Below are positions 19,906 through 29,637 of a DNA stretch of 64,000 nt, piece after piece. This stretch comes from Candidatus Omnitrophota bacterium. Its GTDB lineage: Bacteria; Hinthialibacterota; Hinthialibacteria; Hinthialibacterales; Hinthialibacteraceae. The notes under the pieces were generated by a model. The model saw only the letters and a program-made list of their open reading frames with translations, was not told the origin of the DNA and ran no database searches. Location: positions 57,334-121,333 of the forward strand of contig QZKN01000050.1 of NCBI GenBank assembly GCA_003598175.1. Reading direction: 5' to 3'. Within the stretch, counting starts at the first letter, position 1. Every line of letters begins with the position of its first letter. The translations under genes were made by a program, and so were the position numbers.

Positions 19906-21435
19906 ATGGATTCTTTAGACGCGAACGAATCGAATCGAAATCCGCTTTTCCAACAGCACATCATCCCGGTGGCTTTCGGCATGTTGCAATCCGCGCTCCT
20001 AAGGCATTTGCTGCAAACGCGCGGTGTGTCCGAATCGCAAGAGGAAAAACAGCGATTTGAGAATCAATTGCAGGATTTGTTTTTCAATTTGGAATCGTTG
20101 GTCTTTCTCGACGGCGAGCATCGGGCGGATGCGATTTTAAGCCGGTTTCTGCGCTGGAGCGGCCCCGGTTTTTCACGGCGTTTTTTTCTGGACGACGCGC
20201 CCTTGTCGCAAAACTCTTTCAACCGCGATGCGCATTTCATTTCGACGCAGATGGAAGAGATGTTGGAAGCGGCGCATTATAAAAAATTGCCGATCGAGGC
20301 TCTCGAAAAGGCGTTGGAGGAAAGTTCGTTCGAAAAAATTTTTGTACGGCTGCAAAATATCGATTTTCTCAATTATTACGTGCGTGGGTCATATATCACG
20401 GAACAACAGGAGAATCTGACGCGAAAAATGATCAAACGGTTTCATGCCGACAAAAAATGGATGGATGCGTTTGTCGCTCCGCAATCGGTGGAAATTTTCG
20501 AGGAAGTCGTCGTGATCGTCAGCGAATTGATGAATCCGGAAATCGAGGAAAACAGCGGAGTCTGCTGCGAGAAGGATCCGGAAACGATTCAGCGGGAAAT
20601 CCAACAAAATAAAGAGAAAATCGACAAGATTCTCTCGAAATACATGAAAAAAGGAAGGAAAAAACGGTTACGGCCCATTTCCAAACGGCGCAAAGCCATA
20701 CAAAAAACGGTTGAAGAAAAAATGCAGCAGCTGTTGGACAAATCGTTGGACGATTTTATCCGGGATCGCGATGCGGACCGTTCCGTGATGAAACAACTAC
20801 ATATTTATGTATACAACGATATCCCCGAAACCGATCTCGAATTGCTGTTGCCCAACGCGCAGGTGTCGTTAGGGGTGAAGGAATACATCCGACTTTGCGC
20901 ATCCGGCACGGTGACAAGCACCACAGTTGGTCGAGCGGTATTGATGCGCGGGATGAAGCGCCTTTTGACCGTCTTCAATCCGGTCTTGTTCGGCGCGATG
21001 CGATTTATCAATCGCATGAATTTCGTGCGCATTGACCAAAAATACAAACATGCGCAATACATGCTCAAACGGCGAAAGGGATGCGACGCCAAAGCGCTCA
21101 GCCATCTGGCCGATGATTATGAAAACGTCTTGAAGCGGGAAATTTTGCTTGTCTACACTTTGCTTTTATCGCAAATACGACTCTCACAAACGAACGATGT
21201 GGGACTGACGCGGAATGACTTGGAAAACCTCGCTCGACGCTTCGTTAGAGAGACGTTCGGCGTTGATTTTACGCCCGAATTCAAAAAAACACTGTCGATC
21301 ATGCACTCGTGGGGAATTTTGGAAAAGAAGGATATGGCAAATCAAACCTATTTTTACGCGGTTTCCGTCGATCAGGCCGTGGACAACACCCTCATCAATC
21401 GAATGAGTGTTAAGAATAAGATCACTCTCTCTTGA
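19906..21435 (+). CDS. hypothetical protein (~509 aa, Lys/Arg-rich central segment)
   Basis: ORF-track start 19558 overlaps the ABC ATPase on the opposite strand. First ATG with an AAAGGA RBS is 19906. No recognisable domain. Confidence 0.45.
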   Translation: MDSLDANESNRNPLFQQHIIPVAFGMLQSALLRHLLQTRGVSESQEEKQRFENQLQDLFFNLESLVFLDGEHRADAILSRFLRWSGPGFSRRFFLDDAPLSQNSFNRDAHFISTQMEEMLEAAHYKKLPIEALEKALEESSFEKIFVRLQNIDFLNYYVRGSYITEQQENLTRKMIKRFHADKKWMDAFVAPQSVEIFEEVVVIVSELMNPEIEENSGVCCEKDPETIQREIQQNKEKIDKILSKYMKKGRKKRLRPISKRRKAIQKTVEEKMQQLLDKSLDDFIRDRDADRSVMKQLHIYVYNDIPETDLELLLPNAQVSLGVKEYIRLCASGTVTSTTVGRAVLMRGMKRLLTVFNPVLFGAMRFINRMNFVRIDQKYKHAQYMLKRRKGCDAKALSHLADDYENVLKREILLVYTLLLSQIRLSQTNDVGLTRNDLENLARRFVRETFGVDFTPEFKKTLSIMHSWGILEKKDMANQTYFYAVSVDQAVDNTLINRMSVKNKITLS

Positions 21436-21502
21436 TTTAAATACGCATTGAACCAGTCGAATTTTGTTATTTCATAGGTAAGAACTATCCGTAATCCATG
21501 AC

Positions 21503-21580
21503 GCGCCGGCAAAAAGTCGGATTCAATTTTGGAACCGGTACATATTGTAGTATCAATCAACAATCTGCCACTATATATAT
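21503..21580. repeat. MITE/REP-like intergenic repeat, copy A (5' half only)
   Basis: atgacgcgccggcaaaaagtcggatt...attgtagtatcaatcaacaatctgccactatatat shares about 85-90% identity with 32617..32700 and 63792..63872. Confidence 0.7.
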
Positions 21581-21601
21581 GGCCATGCTGAATAGGAATA
21601 G

Positions 21602-23959
21602 TTATGATCCGTAGCGGCGGAGGCGACAATACGGCAGCAATGCCAGTATTTTAATACCGACAAAAATATAAAAAACAGCCGCCAAACCGACGATGGGGAT
21701 CAAGAACGCGCCCAATAAAAGAGCGCCCACCGCGCCGCCGAAACAGTCGCTCATATCCACTTTTCCCGCCACCGCCGTCAGATCGTCAACGGACTCTTCG
21801 ACTGCCCGCGAAACCAACGGAAACAAAACGCCGGCGGCGAAAGCAATGAATCCGATCCAGCCCAGCAGAAGAATTTCCGTTTGAATGACGGATAACGAAA
21901 AGAAATCCGTTGCGGCAAGGATCAACGGCGAAATCGCCAACAGCGTAATCAGGCCGGAATCCGTTCGCAGAAGCAAGGCATGGCAGGAGTTCTTTCTCGT
22001 GCGCAACAGGTGATTTCCCGCCGCCGCCCCCAACGCCAATCCGAGCATGAAAAACGCCAGAAAAATGCCCACATGTTGATACAGGTATCCCACGCGGCTT
22101 TGGAAAAAGAGCAGGATGGCGATTTCCGCCCCGATTGAGGCGAGTCCAGCGGCGGCCAACAGTAAAAGCGGCGAAAAACCGGAAACCATATTTTTCGGAA
22201 GTGAAATCCGGATTCCGAAAGCGAGCAGTCCGTAAAGAAAGAGGATAATCACACAACTCAACAGCAATAAAGACAAACCGGATGCGGAGAAACGTTCGAT
22301 GGAAAGATGTTTAAAAAAACCATATTGTTTCGAATGGATGATCAAATCATACAGGTAACACAATGGCCGCAGATCCGTGTTCCGTGGGAGTTCCTGATAC
22401 GAATCCAATACCGGTTGCAGTTGTTCGATTCGCAGTTCATCGAAATAAAGAGAGTACAATTCCGGCGCAAATCGATCACACTGCACGTCCTGTTCCCGCA
22501 TTCGATTCGCCAAAACGTCCGGATCGGCGCAAAAACGATGGGACGGGCCGGCAAAAAACCACCACTGCACGCCCGGAACCGCCATCACGTTGGGAAAAAC
22601 ATCCCGCAGGGTCCAATACAACGTTCCGCAAAAGACGCCGATATCGCCAAATTGATAGTTCGGCGTGCCGGTCGCGGTGATGACGAAAACGCCGCCTGGT
22701 CGTAACCGCTCGTTTGCGAGTGTGAAAAATTCGCGGGTGTAAAAACGATTGAGCAGCCCGTTGGATGGATCGGGTTGATTGATTGCAATCACATCGAATT
22801 TCTCTCCATCCTTCAATTCTGATAAATATCGGCGAGGGTCGGAATAGACCCATTCGACTCCGTCGATCGGTTGCATGCGGGATTCCTCTGCTTCCATCAT
22901 GATCGTTTGAATGCCGGCATCGATTTCCACGCAAACGAACCGTTGCGGCCGATGTTCGAGAATATGCTCGATTAAATCCCTGCCCCCGCTGCCGATCAGC
23001 AGGACCGAATCCGGATTCGGCAATTGGGACAGCGCCACGTGCGCCCAATGCGACGATTCGTACGCATTCGGATACGAAAACAGAAACGCGCCGCTTCCGA
23101 ATACCGTAAACTGTCCATCCCGCTCTCCGATTTCAAGGCGTTGATACGGCGTTTCCAATGATCGCACAGCTCGATATCCGTCATGGCGAGCGTCCCATCG
23201 AATCGAAGCGCTCCACGCATCGAGCCGATTCGGAATCTGGAATAGAATGGCCATCGCCATTGCGAGTAACAAGATTCCCCAGATTCGGCCAGGGGATTGC
23301 CGGCGTTTTCGTTCAAAAAGCAACAAAAGGAAAACACCTGTCAACATAAAAAACACAATTGAAAAGGGATCATATCGCGGCGTCATTTTCAACATGATGA
23401 GCAGGCCGCCGAAAACGCTGCCGAAAGACTCCCAACCAAAGATAGCGCCGATGGAAATCGCATCTATATGACTATCCATATTTCGTTCGCAACGCGCTCG
23501 TTTGTAAGCAAGCGCCATCACCGGAAACGCGAAACCGATTCCAACGCCGATCGGCAAAACCGATTCCATCGAAATGAGAAACATGGAAAAAGGCGACGGT
23601 TTTTCTTCAACGGGAAGAGCCAAAAACCACGGCGACATGCGGGTAACAACCACCGACGCCGCAAGCAAAAGCGGCGTCGCGATGAGCACGGACGGAAATA
23701 ACAGGGGAAGCCGTTTCTCCGCGCCGAATCGTTTCGGCAACAACGCGCCGAAAGAAATCCCGATCAGCCACCAAAACAATAAAAGCGACAAGGCGAGTTC
23801 GTTTCCTTCCAGAATGATCAATTGCTCGCGAAAGAGAATGACTTGCGCCAGCGTGGCAAAGCATCCGAGAAGAAACGCGGCGGTCAGGACGGCGACATAC
23901 GAATGCGATTGCATTCGCTTGGAGTGATCTCCTTTACTTTTATAAATTATATTATTCAT
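21602..23959 (-). CDS. fused MFS-type membrane domain / spermidine synthase-like methyltransferase protein
   Basis: N-terminal and C-terminal polytopic membrane regions. Central domain VLLIGSGGRDLIEHILEH...FDVIAINQPDPSNGLLNRFYTREFF...GGVFV resembles the spermidine synthase family SAM-dependent fold. Confidence 0.6.
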   Translation of the reverse strand: MNNIIYKSKGDHSKRMQSHSYVAVLTAAFLLGCFATLAQVILFREQLIILEGNELALSLLLFWWLIGISFGALLPKRFGAEKRLPLLFPSVLIATPLLLAASVVVTRMSPWFLALPVEEKPSPFSMFLISMESVLPIGVGIGFAFPVMALAYKRARCERNMDSHIDAISIGAIFGWESFGSVFGGLLIMLKMTPRYDPFSIVFFMLTGVFLLLLFERKRRQSPGRIWGILLLAMAMAILFQIPNRLDAWSASIRWDARHDGYRAVRSLETPYQRLEIGERDGQFTVFGSGAFLFSYPNAYESSHWAHVALSQLPNPDSVLLIGSGGRDLIEHILEHRPQRFVCVEIDAGIQTIMMEAEESRMQPIDGVEWVYSDPRRYLSELKDGEKFDVIAINQPDPSNGLLNRFYTREFFTLANERLRPGGVFVITATGTPNYQFGDIGVFCGTLYWTLRDVFPNVMAVPGVQWWFFAGPSHRFCADPDVLANRMREQDVQCDRFAPELYSLYFDELRIEQLQPVLDSYQELPRNTDLRPLCYLYDLIIHSKQYGFFKHLSIERFSASGLSLLLLSCVIILFLYGLLAFGIRISLPKNMVSGFSPLLLLAAAGLASIGAEIAILLFFQSRVGYLYQHVGIFLAFFMLGLALGAAAGNHLLRTRKNSCHALLLRTDSGLITLLAISPLILAATDFFSLSVIQTEILLLGWIGFIAFAAGVLFPLVSRAVEESVDDLTAVAGKVDMSDCFGGAVGALLLGAFLIPIVGLAAVFYIFVGIKILALLPYCRLRRYGS

Positions 23960-24076
23960 TATTATAATTCTCCATCGTTTCTGATCCTATCCGAAACCGT
24001 GCAGGGATTCAAAGACAGGAAATCATGGATATGCTACACTTAATTCCTGACAAATCGGATGAGAGGAGGAAAACCG

Positions 24077-25741
24077 GTGAGGATCTTTTGTCATTTCCGC
24101 GTATTTCCGATCACGTTGATTCACGCGGTTTTCTTTTCGTTGGCCGGTTTCGGCCAACCGATCGATTTGAACTACCTACCTGAAGGTTCCGTGCGAATCA
24201 TCGGCGGCAATCCGGCCGCCGGCAGAGGGCTGATCGTAAAAAATATCGGCGATTTCAACGGCGACGGCCTGGATGATTTGATCGTCAGCGCCCCTTTTGA
24301 GGATCGCGTATTTATGATTCTTGGCAAGCATCGATTTTTACCAACGATCGATCTTAATAACCTGGCGTTGAGCGGCGGATTCCCCATCATTGGAAATGAG
24401 AACAGCGGATTCGGATTCTCCATTTCCGCGCTGGGCGACTTCGACGGCGATGGAAGAAAAGATGTTGCCATCGGCGCGCCTTTCGAAGGCGAAGGCGGGC
24501 GAATTTATATTTTAAAAGGAACCCCCGGATTTTTTACGTCCCTTCCGGTGACGGACGAAGATCGATTTTCACTCATCATCGAAGGCGGGCCGGGTGAATT
24601 GCTGGGGCAAACGATCGGCGAAGGCGTCAAAATCGATGAGGATCGATTCAACGATCTTATTTTCGGTAATCCATATACTCTCGTTGAACGGGACGGAAGT
24701 TGGCTGTCCGGCTCGGTCCACATCATTTATGGCCGATCCACATTTGACAATCGCATCGTGAACGTGCATGAACTCGATCCGGCGTCGTCGATGACGATCT
24801 ATGGGCCGGGCGAGGATACCGATCCTTACTTCGGATTCGGGGAAGTCTTCAGTCCCGTCGGCGACTTGACTCGAGATGGAAAAACCGATCTGGGATTGTA
24901 TCTCGGCATTCCCGCCGGCGCGGGAAATGAGAGCCGTCTTCTCATCCTTCCCGGCGGTGAAAACTATGTGGGGAATTATACGTTGGATCAAATTCCTTTT
25001 CCTACGATTCCCATCATTTTTCGCCTTTTCCCCGATCCCGACATGCATAAAATCGACGCGCTTCTTGCCGCGGACGTCAACGGCGATGGTTTTGACGACC
25101 TCATCTGCGGTTTCGGATTGGCGAATCTATATGGCGGGACATCTCCGACGGGAGCGGTGGCCATCATTCCCGGCCGGAACGAACCGATTTCCGAACGGAC
25201 GATCACAACGGTCGAAGAATCGGAAGTGATTTGGCTCGGCCATTGGCAAGTCGGTTCCGGATTTGGCCAATTCATTTCCACCTATGGCTCCTACATCGGT
25301 TTTGGAGCGCCGGGTGTGATGTCTCCCTTTCGTCTCTCGCAAAACGCCGGTGCGGTTTACGTGATTCAAGGAAATGCTCTCAATTACGGAAACCGATTCG
25401 ATCGTATATCCACAATCGCTTCCTCCGCGATTTACGGACGGGCAGCCGGCAATCGATTGGGAATTTCATTGGATATTCTTGGCGATATCAACAACGACGG
25501 CATGCTCGAATTATTTGTCAGTACTCCCAGCGACGGCGAAGACGACGCCCCCGCCGCTTATATAATACCGGCTCGGCCGATTCGAGGCGATATCAATGGC
25601 GATCATCGATTGAATAAACAGGATATCTTCTTCTTCAGCGCCAATTGGCAAAACGAATCTCCATCTGGCGACATCGATCAAAGCGGACATGTCGACGGAT
25701 ACGATCTTCTCAACCTGCTTTTCGATTTACGGCTCAACTGA
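24077..25741 (+). CDS. FG-GAP repeat (integrin-alpha-like beta-propeller) protein with C-terminal dockerin-like Ca-binding repeats
   Basis: Repeated GDFNGDG(L/R/F)DDL FG-GAP motifs. C-terminus DINGDHRLNKQD...GDIDQSGHVDGYDLLNL is dockerin type I-like. GAGGAGG RBS 7 nt before GTG 24077; upstream ATG 24059 has no RBS spacing. Signal peptide present. Confidence 0.7.
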   Translation: MRIFCHFRVFPITLIHAVFFSLAGFGQPIDLNYLPEGSVRIIGGNPAAGRGLIVKNIGDFNGDGLDDLIVSAPFEDRVFMILGKHRFLPTIDLNNLALSGGFPIIGNENSGFGFSISALGDFDGDGRKDVAIGAPFEGEGGRIYILKGTPGFFTSLPVTDEDRFSLIIEGGPGELLGQTIGEGVKIDEDRFNDLIFGNPYTLVERDGSWLSGSVHIIYGRSTFDNRIVNVHELDPASSMTIYGPGEDTDPYFGFGEVFSPVGDLTRDGKTDLGLYLGIPAGAGNESRLLILPGGENYVGNYTLDQIPFPTIPIIFRLFPDPDMHKIDALLAADVNGDGFDDLICGFGLANLYGGTSPTGAVAIIPGRNEPISERTITTVEESEVIWLGHWQVGSGFGQFISTYGSYIGFGAPGVMSPFRLSQNAGAVYVIQGNALNYGNRFDRISTIASSAIYGRAAGNRLGISLDILGDINNDGMLELFVSTPSDGEDDAPAAYIIPARPIRGDINGDHRLNKQDIFFFSANWQNESPSGDIDQSGHVDGYDLLNLLFDLRLN

Positions 25742-25761
25742 TCCTATTCCCATAACATAAA

Positions 25762-25790
25762 ACTCCCGCACGAGGGAGCGATGTGCGGGA
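25762..25790 (-). terminator. candidate intrinsic terminator hairpin for the 25892..26692 gene
   Basis: ctcccgcac-gagggagcgat-gtgcgggag has a 9-bp GC-rich stem, followed on the minus strand by ttttatgtt. Confidence 0.4.
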
Positions 25791-25891
25791 GTAAAGAAGA
25801 AGAACTTTCCACTTGAAACTGTCGAATGATTGTATGTCACGCCCTGTAAGCAAACAACGAAATCTCCTCTATTTCACCAAACGATTCCCGG

Positions 25892-26692
25892 TTAAAAGTT
25901 GTAACCAAAACTGATCGTCGCGTAAAAATCATCTTCGTCATTGACGACATCGTTGAAAGAAAATTGATAATTCAAGGACGGCGTCAAATAGACATTGTTC
26001 CATTCGAACGTCGTGGAGACGCCGATCGTGGAGTAACTCCAATCCGAATCCGTGTTGAAAGGACCATCGTTGTAAGCGATATCCCATTTCAAGCTGATCG
26101 CCTGCTCTTCCTGTTCGGGAATCAACGCAGGAACCGGGATGTCGTACGAAAGTCCGAATATGTGATAAAATCCGTCGAAGTGAGGCGTTTCCCCCTGCAC
26201 GCCATCCCATAGATACCCCAACGCGTAGCTGGGAACCAGCGAAGCAGGTCCAAGCGGAATCAAATTCGGCATGGAAATTATAAAATCCACTTCCTGGGCG
26301 TCCAAATTGGCTTTATGGCTGACTTTGGGAAAAGTAAAATAGGTATACAGGATCGTCGCATCCACCGCATAGGATTCTTCCTCGAAAAAGGTGCGGCCAT
26401 ACCCGATATATAAATCGATCTCCGACAAATCTTCAGATCCGCTTGTATCCGGATACGATGCCCATATCCCCGCAATAAATCCCATATAATCGAAATTGAT
26501 ACTCGGTTGAAAGGCGCCGTTGCCTCCGAATATGTCATACCCATGCCACATGTATTTCGACGCATAGGTAAAATTCAAATTGATCCCGAGTTCTTCCCCG
26601 GCGACCTCCAACGCCAATGCGCCCGATGTACTCATCATGACGATGAGAACTCCCAACATCACAAAACCAGCATTGCGAACCGTCCTTTTCAT
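25892..26692 (-). CDS. putative outer-membrane beta-barrel protein
   Basis: Signal peptide, alternating amphipathic beta-strand pattern rich in Y/G/F, and C-terminal ...ISFGYNF ending in Phe. AGGCAGGAGA RBS before the MKRT start. Confidence 0.5.
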   Translation of the reverse strand: MKRTVRNAGFVMLGVLIVMMSTSGALALEVAGEELGINLNFTYASKYMWHGYDIFGGNGAFQPSINFDYMGFIAGIWASYPDTSGSEDLSEIDLYIGYGRTFFEEESYAVDATILYTYFTFPKVSHKANLDAQEVDFIISMPNLIPLGPASLVPSYALGYLWDGVQGETPHFDGFYHIFGLSYDIPVPALIPEQEEQAISLKWDIAYNDGPFNTDSDWSYSTIGVSTTFEWNNVYLTPSLNYQFSFNDVVNDEDDFYATISFGYNF

Positions 26693-27025
26693 TCTCCTGC
26701 CTCTTACCATGAGACGCTCCTTTCAGATTCCAATTATTCAAGATTTAACTTCCCGTTTATTGTCAACTATAAATAACAATAAATGTGCCAACATTATATC
26801 AATCCTGATGATGCTTGCCTATACGTTCCGCTCATGAAAATGAAAAGAATCTTCATTTTTATTATCAACATAACTCGCTTGATTTATTCAATTTAAAGCG
26901 CAGAAAGATTGTTGGGCGGAATGATCGTGGAATAAAAAATGGAAAGGGTTCCATTTGGACATTGTTCAGATAAAAGCAAATCCATGTAGCAAATTCAACA
27001 GATGCCCCGGTTTCGCATATATTCC

Positions 27026-27358
27026 TTACCTTTTCTGTAACTCTTTCCCCATCTCCTTTAATTTATCCGTGATTTCATTGAATGCATTCTTGAATTCGGA
27101 TGAATCCGGATAGTGCTGCAAATCTGTATACCCACGGCGCACCAAACCTTTGAGAATGTTCGGATGATCGATGTATTCAAGAAGTCCCCATTCGCGCACA
27201 TCGACGTAAATAGTTGAGAATTCAAATTTCTCTTTGGGCAGCGTCAAAAATTCTTCGTCGGTGCGTACGATGACGTAATTTCCCGTGAACCAGGCGGCGT
27301 ATGCGATGATGGCCAGAAAAACCACGCTGATTATCCACTTTTTGATCTTGTGAAACAT
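27026..27358 (-). CDS. hypothetical membrane-anchored protein
   Basis: Single N-terminal TM helix. Stop/start overlap (TAATG) with the upstream SLT gene. Confidence 0.4.
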   Translation of the reverse strand: MFHKIKKWIISVVFLAIIAYAAWFTGNYVIVRTDEEFLTLPKEKFEFSTIYVDVREWGLLEYIDHPNILKGLVRRGYTDLQHYPDSSEFKNAFNEITDKLKEMGKELQKR

Positions 27359-27921
27359 TATGAACCTCTTTCTTCATAAATCGATTGCGCTTTGAGTTTT
27401 TCGCTGATGGAAAGAACGCGCGACACGTAATTTCTCGTGCTGCGATGAGGGGGCATTTTTCCGCCGTATCGTCGCACCCGTCCCGGACCGACTTTGTAAG
27501 CCGCTATGGCGGCGTTCATGGAATATTGATCCAACAACTGCGCCATATAGCAAATCCCCCCGCGAACGTTATCACGCCAATCGTTTCCCTTAACGCCCAT
27601 TTTTTGGGCGGTTTTCGGCATCAATTGCATCAATCCGAGCGCGCCGCCTTTTGATCGCGCCTTCGGATTGTATTTGCTCTCGACCTGAATCAGCGATTCC
27701 ACCAGATAGGGACACATGCCGGTTCGCTCGCATTCCTGCAAAATGAAAATACGCAATTCTCCGATAAAGTGGTTATACAAATCTGTCCTGGTCGACAAAT
27801 ACGGAAATCGTTCGAGAATTTCCTGCACGGCAGCCTGCTCGAAATGCTCGCGTGAAATGTCGGCAAAGGCGGAATAAGACAAACACAGAATGAGGATGGG
27901 GAATAAAGAAATCCATTTCAT
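27358..27921 (-). CDS. lytic transglycosylase (SLT domain) protein
   Basis: ESLIQVESKYNPKARSKGGALGLMQLMPKTA is the SLT catalytic motif. Signal peptide MKWISLFPILILCLSYSAFA. GAAGGTGA RBS. ORF-track start 28098 judged an over-extension. Confidence 0.8.
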   Translation of the reverse strand: MKWISLFPILILCLSYSAFADISREHFEQAAVQEILERFPYLSTRTDLYNHFIGELRIFILQECERTGMCPYLVESLIQVESKYNPKARSKGGALGLMQLMPKTAQKMGVKGNDWRDNVRGGICYMAQLLDQYSMNAAIAAYKVGPGRVRRYGGKMPPHRSTRNYVSRVLSISEKLKAQSIYEERGS

Positions 27922-27976
27922 TGAGTCACCTTCGAAAAAAATGTATGATATGGAACAACGTGTTTTGATAGGCGGA

Positions 27977-28786
27977 TTACGATCGGGATTGATAATGCCG
28001 CATGGCTTCCGGCAGGTATTGTTTGATATTTTCGATGCGGCTGTCCGGCGCGGGATGGGTGGACAAGAATTCCGGCGGTCGCGAATCGCTGAGCGCATTC
28101 ATCCGCTGCCAGAAGGGAATTGCCGCATTGGGATCGTATCCCGCCATGGCCATGATGGTCAAACCGATGCGATCGGCTTCCGATTCGTGCAATCGGCTGT
28201 ATGGAAGAAGCAAGCCGATTTGTGTTCCCGCGCCGTACGCCTGGAAAAACAGGTCTTTCGTCTTTTCCGGTTGTTCTTTCACGGCATACGCGAGAGCCAC
28301 GCTTCCCAATTCCGCCAACATACCCTGGCTCATGCGTTCGTTGCCGTGATTGGCGATCGCATGGGCGATTTCGTGCCCCATCACTACCGCCAATCCGGTG
28401 TCATCCTTCGTTATCGGCAGAATACCGGTGTACACGGCGATCTTCCCACCCGGCATACACCACGCATTCACTGTCTCGTCATCTTTAATCACGATGAATT
28501 CCCACGCGTAATCCGCCGTCGGCAAATTTTGCTCTTTCAGATACCGCATAGTCGCATCGGCCAGCCGCTTACCGACCCGCAGGACCGGTTCGACTTCTCT
28601 TGGATCGGTCGAGAGTTTCGAATTATTTTTCACTTCGCCATAATTGCTCAAACTCATTTGCATGAGCTGAGACGAAGGCAAAAGAACGAGTTGGCGTCGT
28701 TGTGTCAATGGCGTCGTGGCGCAGGCGGCTATCAAAAACAGCAGAAAAAAGGGAACCAATTTCACTGGCGTGCATTGAATTTTCAT
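27977..28786 (-). CDS. M48 family metallopeptidase lipoprotein
   Basis: HEIAHAIANH (HExxH) and downstream ESEADRIGL. Lipobox LIAAC in the signal peptide. GGAGGAAG RBS. Confidence 0.8.
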   Translation of the reverse strand: MKIQCTPVKLVPFFLLFLIAACATTPLTQRRQLVLLPSSQLMQMSLSNYGEVKNNSKLSTDPREVEPVLRVGKRLADATMRYLKEQNLPTADYAWEFIVIKDDETVNAWCMPGGKIAVYTGILPITKDDTGLAVVMGHEIAHAIANHGNERMSQGMLAELGSVALAYAVKEQPEKTKDLFFQAYGAGTQIGLLLPYSRLHESEADRIGLTIMAMAGYDPNAAIPFWQRMNALSDSRPPEFLSTHPAPDSRIENIKQYLPEAMRHYQSRS

Positions 28787-28935
28787 AGAGTATCTTCCTC
28801 CACCAAAACCAATGGAATGATTCGGTTTTGTTTTGCTAAGCCACATCATTATAGAACCTTTTTTGTGAAAATCAATTTAATATTTTTATTATGGCCCTAA
28901 AACCAAAACACGGCCTTTGCCTTCCAACCACAATA

Positions 28936-29448
28936 CTATTTCCAACGTTCTCTCATGACAATCGTATTCAACGGCAAACGGTTTTTCGGCAATCCTTCAT
29001 CCGCCGGATAACCTACCGTCAGCAGTTCCACCACCCGCACGACGTGGGGGATTCCGAGAATCTTTTTTACCCGATCTTCATAAAACGCTCCGATCCAGCA
29101 GGTTCCGAGTCCTTCCTCCACCGCCTGCAGCGTGATGTGGTCGATGGCGATGGACACGTCGATGGGATAACACGGCTGCCCGCACGTCATCACGTGATTG
29201 TCCGTCACCGCGCAACAGGCCACGATTACCGGCGCCTGTCCGACGAATTCCTGTTCTCTCGCCGCATGCATCAATTGTTGACGGGTTACCGCATCCTTGA
29301 CAACCACAAACCTCCATTCCTGCCGATTGTTGGCCGACGGCGCCAACCGCGCCGCTTCAAACAAGCGCAACAATTTTTCTTCTTCCACATCCTGCATTTT
29401 GTAGCTACGCACGCTGTAACGCGCCTGAATCGCGTCGAAAACGTTCAT
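28936..29448 (-). CDS. nitroreductase family protein
   Basis: RYSVRSY...APSANNRQEWRFVVV...GLGTCWIGAF is the nitroreductase fold signature. GGAGGA RBS before ATG 29448. Confidence 0.8.
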   Translation of the reverse strand: MNVFDAIQARYSVRSYKMQDVEEEKLLRLFEAARLAPSANNRQEWRFVVVKDAVTRQQLMHAAREQEFVGQAPVIVACCAVTDNHVMTCGQPCYPIDVSIAIDHITLQAVEEGLGTCWIGAFYEDRVKKILGIPHVVRVVELLTVGYPADEGLPKNRLPLNTIVMRERWK

Positions 29449-29637
29449 GTTGTCATTCCTCCATGTGCTCATAAGGTTTTCGATAATCCATACGACTACC
29501 GCATTCTTTCTTATCCCTGCGTTTTGCATTGCAGAGGATTCTCGCGTAAGACGATTTGAATGAAATGATGTTTTGCGATACGATGGTCTATCCATATTTT
29601 GAAAACGATCTTTCAAATTGTAAGGGGAGAAGCAGGA

